DNA from: Camelus dromedarius | Lineage: Eukaryota | Length of the DNA stretch: 64,000 nucleotides | NCBI RefSeq assembly: GCF_036321535.1 | Contig: NC_087462.1 | Span: forward strand, 21,638,001-21,702,000 | Direction of reading: 5' to 3' | Shown here: positions 58,141-64,000 of the stretch, piece by piece | Numbering within the stretch: the stretch's first letter is position 1 | How the letters are laid out: each line of letters begins with the position of its first letter | Made by a program: the position numbers and the translations under genes | Notes under the pieces: generated by a model | The model's input: only the letters and a program-made list of their open reading frames with translations | Databases searched by the model: none | What the model was told of the DNA's origin: nothing

Positions 58141-59189
58141 AAAACTTGAAGAAGGTGGCTGTGCCTTTACTATTGCTCCTTCTTCAGTCCCTACCACTGA
58201 CCGTCTTTAGCACATATTTGGACATTTGGTAAATATTTGTCAAATAGGTACATTAATTGTTGCTGAAATTACTAGAAAATTGCCTCAGTCCTCCGCTCGA
58301 TCTTTGTGGGTATAGGAAGAGTTTATCTGTATATTTCAAACAAAATGGAGAACCGAGTCAATGAGTCAGATCATCCAGTCCGAAAGTCTGCCTATAATAC
58401 CTGGTTAAAGAGATGTGCCCACCTTCCTCTGAACAATAATGACCATTCAGTTCATTGCTTCAGCGGCAAGACTCCTTTCATTTTATTTGGGCAGAGTCTT
58501 AATAGCAAACGTGACTTCTCCCTTGTGAGCAAAGTCATTTATCAGCATTTGATTTTGGCAAAGCACCAGACTCCACGCACCATTCCTTATCCATAAGCAA
58601 CATGGTAACCAAAGCTTCCATGCCTAAGTTTCCTTGGATTTTCAAATGGTAACCGCTTCTGGCTTGGTTTCCTTATGTATACGTGGGGGTGGAAGGCAGA
58701 AATGGGTAGGAGACAGAGGGATAGGCGCTCACCTGTCTTCACATAGATGGTCTTCAGTGTCACTTCATTAGCTTCAAAGAGCCTGGAAGCTGATGGTGGA
58801 GGTGAGAACCCTGCTTGACTTTCTGGGGTTAATGATACTGGGTTTTGACATCAAACAGACCTGACTATGAACCTTGGCTCTGCCATTTCCAGGATATGTG
58901 ACCCTGGGGCTGTTACATGGTTCGTACTTCTGGAGTGATGTGTGCAGAACTTCATCTTTGAGTCATCTCTGATTTCCCCCAATTAAGCACTTACAACCTA
59001 TTGTTTTGTCATCTGTTTACTCATCTGCTTGTCTCACTAGACAGTGAGCTCAGTGGCAAGGATTTCCAAAAAGTGCTTGTTGAACAGAAAACAAAGTAAG
59101 AAGGTCCTGGAAACACATACAGCTTCAGGTCTAAAGCTTCGGAATTGAAAATAAATTTTTTTTAAGTCTGTCTAAAATAGGAAGTCATG

Positions 59190-59680
59190 ATAACTTGTAT
59201 TTTCAAAAGAGCCCATCCCATCGGCTCTTCTTCCAGTGTGCCATCGTCACTACCATCACTGAGTGGTGGAGTTTATATTCCCTCCCTTTGAAGCTATGTG
59301 ACTGCCTCACCCAGCAGAATATGGTTGACACGACACTGTGGCTTTCAAGGTGAGGTTAAAAAATGCAATGTTCTTCTTTCTTGCTCTCCTGTGATGCTTG
59401 CTCTTGGAACCCAGTTGCCATCTTGCAAGGAAGTTAGGCAGCCACACAGACAGGCCAGCACCAACCACAGGACAGGAGTGTGAGTGAGTCTCCAGAAGAC
59501 CCCAGCCCCTCGTCTCTGAGTCACCCCAGCCTTTCAGCTGCCCCGGTTGACACCAGGAGGAGCAGAAAAGAGCTGACCCCTACTGAGCCCTGCCCAAATG
59601 GCAGAGCAAAATAAATGACTGTTGGTGTCACTGATCATTAAGTTTGGGGTGGTTTCTTAGCCAACAATAGATATGTAGAA
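59190..59680 (+). mobile_element. MaLR LTR (MLT1H-like)
   Basis: GCTCTTGGAACCCAG ... GAGCCCTGCCCAAAT ... TAAGTTTGGGGTGGTTT. Confidence 0.8.
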
Positions 59681-60149
59681 GAGAAGGGTCAAAGGGCAGA
59701 ACTGTGAGGAAGACAGGAGTGCAGGGAGAGTCAGTGGATGGATGGCTGACCTTGTAAAAAAAAAATTACCAAACCACGGTGGCCTGACCACATCTTTCCA
59801 TGTAGCCTACGTTATATGATTACTGCTCTCACATCTAACCTTTGTATCTCTCTTGTATGCCATTAAAGTCTTGGTTCATTTACTTTGTAAAAATGTGTTT
59901 TCATGTTGCCTTGAATAAAGCCTCATTTAAATCTAATGGTCCATTAATTTTAAATTAGTATATAGGTGGTGATTTCTTCTTTTACCAGAAGAGTCAAATC
60001 TTTCCTTGAGGCTCAACAAATAGGTAAACAGACAGACATGTACCTACATATATAGAGATAGGGAGATAGATTGATGCCTTCAAGGATATTTCACAATATT
60101 TTTCAGGATGAAGTTTTAACACTGAGGACAGCTTTGAGCACTTACTTTT

Positions 60150-60360
60150 TTCTATATGGCAAACACTGCAATAAAGGCTTTATGTGCACCAACTCATTTA
60201 TATCATCCCCCCAAATCCTTGAATCCTTGCAGGCTTTATACAATTAGAGTTCCTTTTACTGGTGAGGAAATTGAGGACCCTATCACCCAGGTCATGTGTC
60301 CCAGTGGTTAAGCTGGGTGATCTCAGGCAGTGTGATTCCAGAGCCCACCCTTTGAGCCCC
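60150..60360 (-). mobile_element. MIR
   Basis: TTTTACTGGTGAGGAAATTGAGG. Confidence 0.7.
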
Positions 60361-62072
60361 TTGTCTTCACTCTCTCCACCTGAAAGGCCCTTCTTCTAAT
60401 GTGCCACTGTCACTCCTGTCACTGAGTGGGGGAGATAATCTGCCCCCCAGCCTTTGAACTTATGTGGGTCTTTGTGACCTTCTGAACATTACCTGGTGCA
60501 GAAGAGAAGTTCAACCAATGCCCTCATCCCTTTCTTTCTAAAGAACAGAAAACAAGTCCCTACAAATGAAGCCACAGCCAGTCTGCATGTATTTACCTTA
60601 GTTTTCTATTCACAGCAGAGTTTGCGTGCTGTAGGTGCGTAGTAAGTGTGTGTCGATCATTAACACTTCTGCAAGGATGACCTTTCGCCTCTGAGGAGTC
60701 CAAGTGTATGCAGCGGAGTGGGGGCCAGTGGGCAGAGGGAGCCCAGAGCTTCCGAGAGGGGCCTTCTCTGCTGATGCTTTTCTGAAGACAGCGCATCTTG
60801 GACACATTACGAAGTAGCATGAAAACAAATGACACCTTCACTCAGTCTTCGTGGGGGAGGAGGGGACATCAGAGAAGAACCTTCCCTTTTAAATAAAAAG
60901 AGAAATTGCACAGTCAGCTCCCGAGAAGGGTGCCCCTCAAAGCAGACTGAAAGGCATTTTTCACCCAGCTCTGGGACAGACCAGGGCCCAGGGTTAACGA
61001 ATCCTCTCCCGACCCCAGCACCTCTCCCCACCCCCCAATAAAGGCGATATGAAACAGAGGCCTTCAGAGGACCACGCTGAAGTGGGGCTGCGTGTTCCGG
61101 CAACTGTTACAACGCAGGCCAAAGCCACGTCAGGTCCAATTACAGTCAATGAGGAACATCTGTGTTTCGGCACCCACGCTGCTTAACGCAAACATTTCGT
61201 AATTACAGCCCCTCGCACACACGGTGTGTTATGAGATGTGGTGTCCCAGTGTGAATCACAGTCACATTTTTCAGAGTCGTCAGCAGTCTCGGTCTGGCTG
61301 GGATGCCGGACTCACTGCCCATAAGAGCATTTCTCTAAAATATTGAATTAAGCAAAGTCCGGCTTTTTCTTCTTATCTGTGAAATCTTGTGGTTGGGTCT
61401 TGACTGTTTTTATAAAATGAAATATATAAAATGGATAAAATGCAAATAAAGTTGAGGTTAGGGTGGTGTGTTTTTTCTTCCTCTCTCCTTTTTTTTTGAG
61501 AAAGACATCTGTTTTTTTTCCCCTCTTTTCCCTTCGGTGTTTTAAGCTGAAAAGTAAAGTTTCAATTGTCAAACACAGTCTGAAAGGCTCCAATTCCAAC
61601 TGGTTTTTCACCTCATCAGAGGCAAGTCTGGTAATAAGGACTCAGCTGGTTTGGGGATATTTTCTCAGGCGCAGGTTTTCCTGGGTAACGTGATTGAGAT
61701 TGGCTTTGCAGCCAAAGGAAACCCAATAGCCCTGGGTTCAAAGTTGAAGATACTTTAAAATTCTTATGTTTCTTTCAGCGTGGCCCCACGGCAGTAGAAG
61801 CTGTGGACTGGGGCACTGACGACATTATGGATCTGTCAATAAACTTGCAAATTTACAGTCTGGACAGACCTTTTACCCATAAACTGCCTTGCTTAAGTAA
61901 TCTGAAACTCTGCATTGCCACCTTATGGTGACATCTTGGCCTATTTTGAATTCTTGTCTCCTGATTCCATCCCCCGGAACAGCCCCAATTTAGTCAGCAG
62001 ACAGGACCCCAGTGACCACTCTCCCAGATCGATCTTCCCGTCTTTGAGAAAGTCCCTGGGGTGGGGTGGGGT

Positions 62073-62248
62073 GGGGACAGGATAACTCAGTGGTAGAACA
62101 TGTACTTAGCATGCATGAGGTCCTGGGTTCAATCCCCAGTACCTCCATTAAAAACATAAAAATAAATAAGTAAACAAATAAACCTAATAATCTACCCCAC
62201 CTAAAAAAATAAAAGAACAAAAGTATTATTATAAAAAAAAAAAAAAAA
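62073..62248 (+). mobile_element. Camelid tRNA-Ala-derived SINE (Vic-1 type)
   Basis: Same head (CTTAGCATGCATGAGGTCCTGGGTTCAATCCCCAGTACCTCC), AT-rich body, poly(A) tail. Confidence 0.95.
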
Positions 62249-62444
62249 GGAGAAAATAAAGCTCCTGGTCCAGCTCGATGGATCCCTGATCCATCCCGAT
62301 GGCGGGGAATCCACCCCCAGCACAGCCAGGGGCTCCTTTCCTGCATCGCCCCTGTGTTACTCAGGAAGCAGCACAGGGCAGATATGAGGAGAGGATAACC
62401 AGTCTCGGGGAGAGCCAGTCAGTAACTTCTTTTTAATAACCCTC

Positions 62445-62790
62445 CCAGGCTTTATCATTGGTTGGAAGTGACAGAAACTCAAATCAAACTAACTAAGTGA
62501 CAGCCAGAAAAGGACTTTATGGGCTAAAAGTATTTAAGTAGTGTTTGGGAGACCAAATTTCAGGAAGGGCAGAGGCAGCGGGGCTGGGGACACAGACCCT
62601 GCCGGGAGGGAACTCCCCGCCCCGCTCCTTCCATCCCTGTTTCTCTCTGTGGGTCAGCTTCAGTCTGCTCCTTACAAACCACCTTTCTGATTTTTCCCAG
62701 CTTCCAGTTCAGCCAAGAGGGTAGACCTGTTTCTCCCTGCTCTCTCCTGCTAAGCACAGCTGTAAACCCCGGAAATGGCCCAAGAGACGA
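62445..62790 (-). mobile_element. MaLR LTR fragment (MLT1K/L-like)
   Basis: GGTTGGAAGTGACAGAAACTCAAATCAAACT. Confidence 0.55.
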
Positions 62791-62791
62791 C

Positions 62792-62985
62792 TGTGATGGT
62801 TAATTTTTCTTGTCGCCTTAGCTGGTCCATGGTGTCCAAATATTTGGTCAATCGTTATTCTAGATGTTTCAGTGACGTTTAACATACAAGTTGGTGGATT
62901 TTGAGTAAAACAGACTTGTATTCCATCATGTATGGGTCTCATAAAATCAGCTGAAGGCCTCAACAGAACAAAGACTGACTGAGAG
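62792..62985 (+). mobile_element. ERVL LTR 5' part (MLT2-like)
   Basis: TGTGATGGTTAATTT ... CAAATATTTGGTCAA ... AATCAGCTGAAGGCCT. Confidence 0.85.
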
Positions 62986-63798
62986 GCGAGTATGTCTGGT
63001 CCTGAGCTGAGCAAGGACCCTCTCCATTAAGCATCTGTTTGTCCCTTTTCTCCTGGGGCTGAAGCCTGAACCACGCATGTCCACAGTGGGCTCAGACCCA
63101 CACAGATGTCACCGATGAAGATGGTATCCCGGGGAGCAGCGAAAGCCCGATTTCAGGGAGGGATGTTGGGTCGCAAGACAGGATGCTCATAAGGGAGGAG
63201 GAAGCCTGGGGTGAAAAGCCAGATTCCACGACAGGGCCCGAGGAGCCGGGCGTCTTCACAGTCCTGGCTGGTGAAAGGCAGCCGGTAACTGAACTGGACC
63301 CAATCCCGGGACCCCGGAAGCGTGTAGGAGTGAAGAGATAGCCACCCTACTGCACAGCTCCGAGGTCTCCGGGGAGCCTCTGCCCAGAGGGCTGCCGCAC
63401 CCTCGTGGCTCCGTGAGGGTCAAAAGCATAAGTAGCTGGAGGAAGCGATGGGAACCGTCACCCCAACAGGGCGGAGGTCTGTGCACCTGGGGGACACCAG
63501 TGGAATGGCCTTTCCCACAGAGGCAGCAGTCTGGGGAATACAGGAGCAGCATTAATTGGCCATGCAGGTGAGACTCTCCCACCCCCACCCCAGTAGACTC
63601 ATATCAGCACTTCCTAAAGTGAAGGAGGCGCCCTTTCTAGACTTTGCCTACTTTTGGCTCTTATCATGTAGGTTCTATGAATAGAAGTTTCAAAGAATGG
63701 AGAGATCCTGAGATGGTCAACCAATGACTCCGTTGCCCTTTATTTTGTATTCGATGCAACATTTCTTAACACACAGCTGTTTCCCCTGCAGGTTTAGC

Positions 63799-63929
63799 TA
63801 GGGTGGCCAAATAATTTGTCATCCAAGCCCATAATTTAGAGCGCAGCAGGGGACAATCTTAAGAGGTATGCTGGGAAAGCAGGTGTGAAATGAGACTGTC
63901 CTGGGCCAGTGGGACATGAGGTCACTCTA
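63799..63929 (+). mobile_element. MER94-like hAT-Blackjack MITE, full length
   Basis: Terminal inverted repeats TAGGGTGGCCA ... GGTCACTCTA; about 131 bp. Confidence 0.8.
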
Positions 63930-64000
63930 ACTGTAGTCCTGTGCTTTTGAGATGTCTTCTTTTTCAGATTCCTGAATTTATCCGAGCTCCTTCTACTTTG

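Noticed and set aside
1-64000. CRISPR arrays, operons, prophage or other prokaryotic systems; rRNA, snRNA or intact retroviral genes
   Set aside because: Sequence is mammalian; no regularly spaced repeats and no gag/pol/env or intact L1 ORFs; all LTRs are solo or fragmentary

Overview
Mammalian genomic DNA, almost certainly from a camelid (alpaca, llama or camel). The evidence is two tRNA-Ala-derived Vic-1-type SINEs and young cetartiodactyl-type L1 3' ends, with no Alu, Bov-tA/BovB, PRE-1 or CHR SINEs recognised. I see no convincing protein-coding sequence. The main genic feature is a CpG-island promoter at about 8.5-9.1 kb. Its splice signals fit exons 1 and 2 of a minus-strand transcript that runs off the left edge; I cannot name the gene. 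The other ~55 kb is upstream or intergenic DNA dense in ancient MIR, L2, MaLR/ERVL LTR, L1M and hAT relics, with repeat-free enhancer-like islands, several CTCF motifs and four N gaps. GC content falls from left to right. I found no evidence of a new multi-gene system. The most notable items are: (1) a long hairpin spanning putative exon 1, centred on a CTCF motif; (2) an unexplained local duplication in intron 2; (3) a tail-less, internally primed L1 endonuclease fragment with a target-site duplication (TSD); (4) divergent CTCF sites beside the promoter; (5) several motif-dense candidate enhancers. Repeat subfamily names come from my memory of consensus sequences and their boundaries are approximate (tens of bp); confirm them with RepeatMasker/Dfam.
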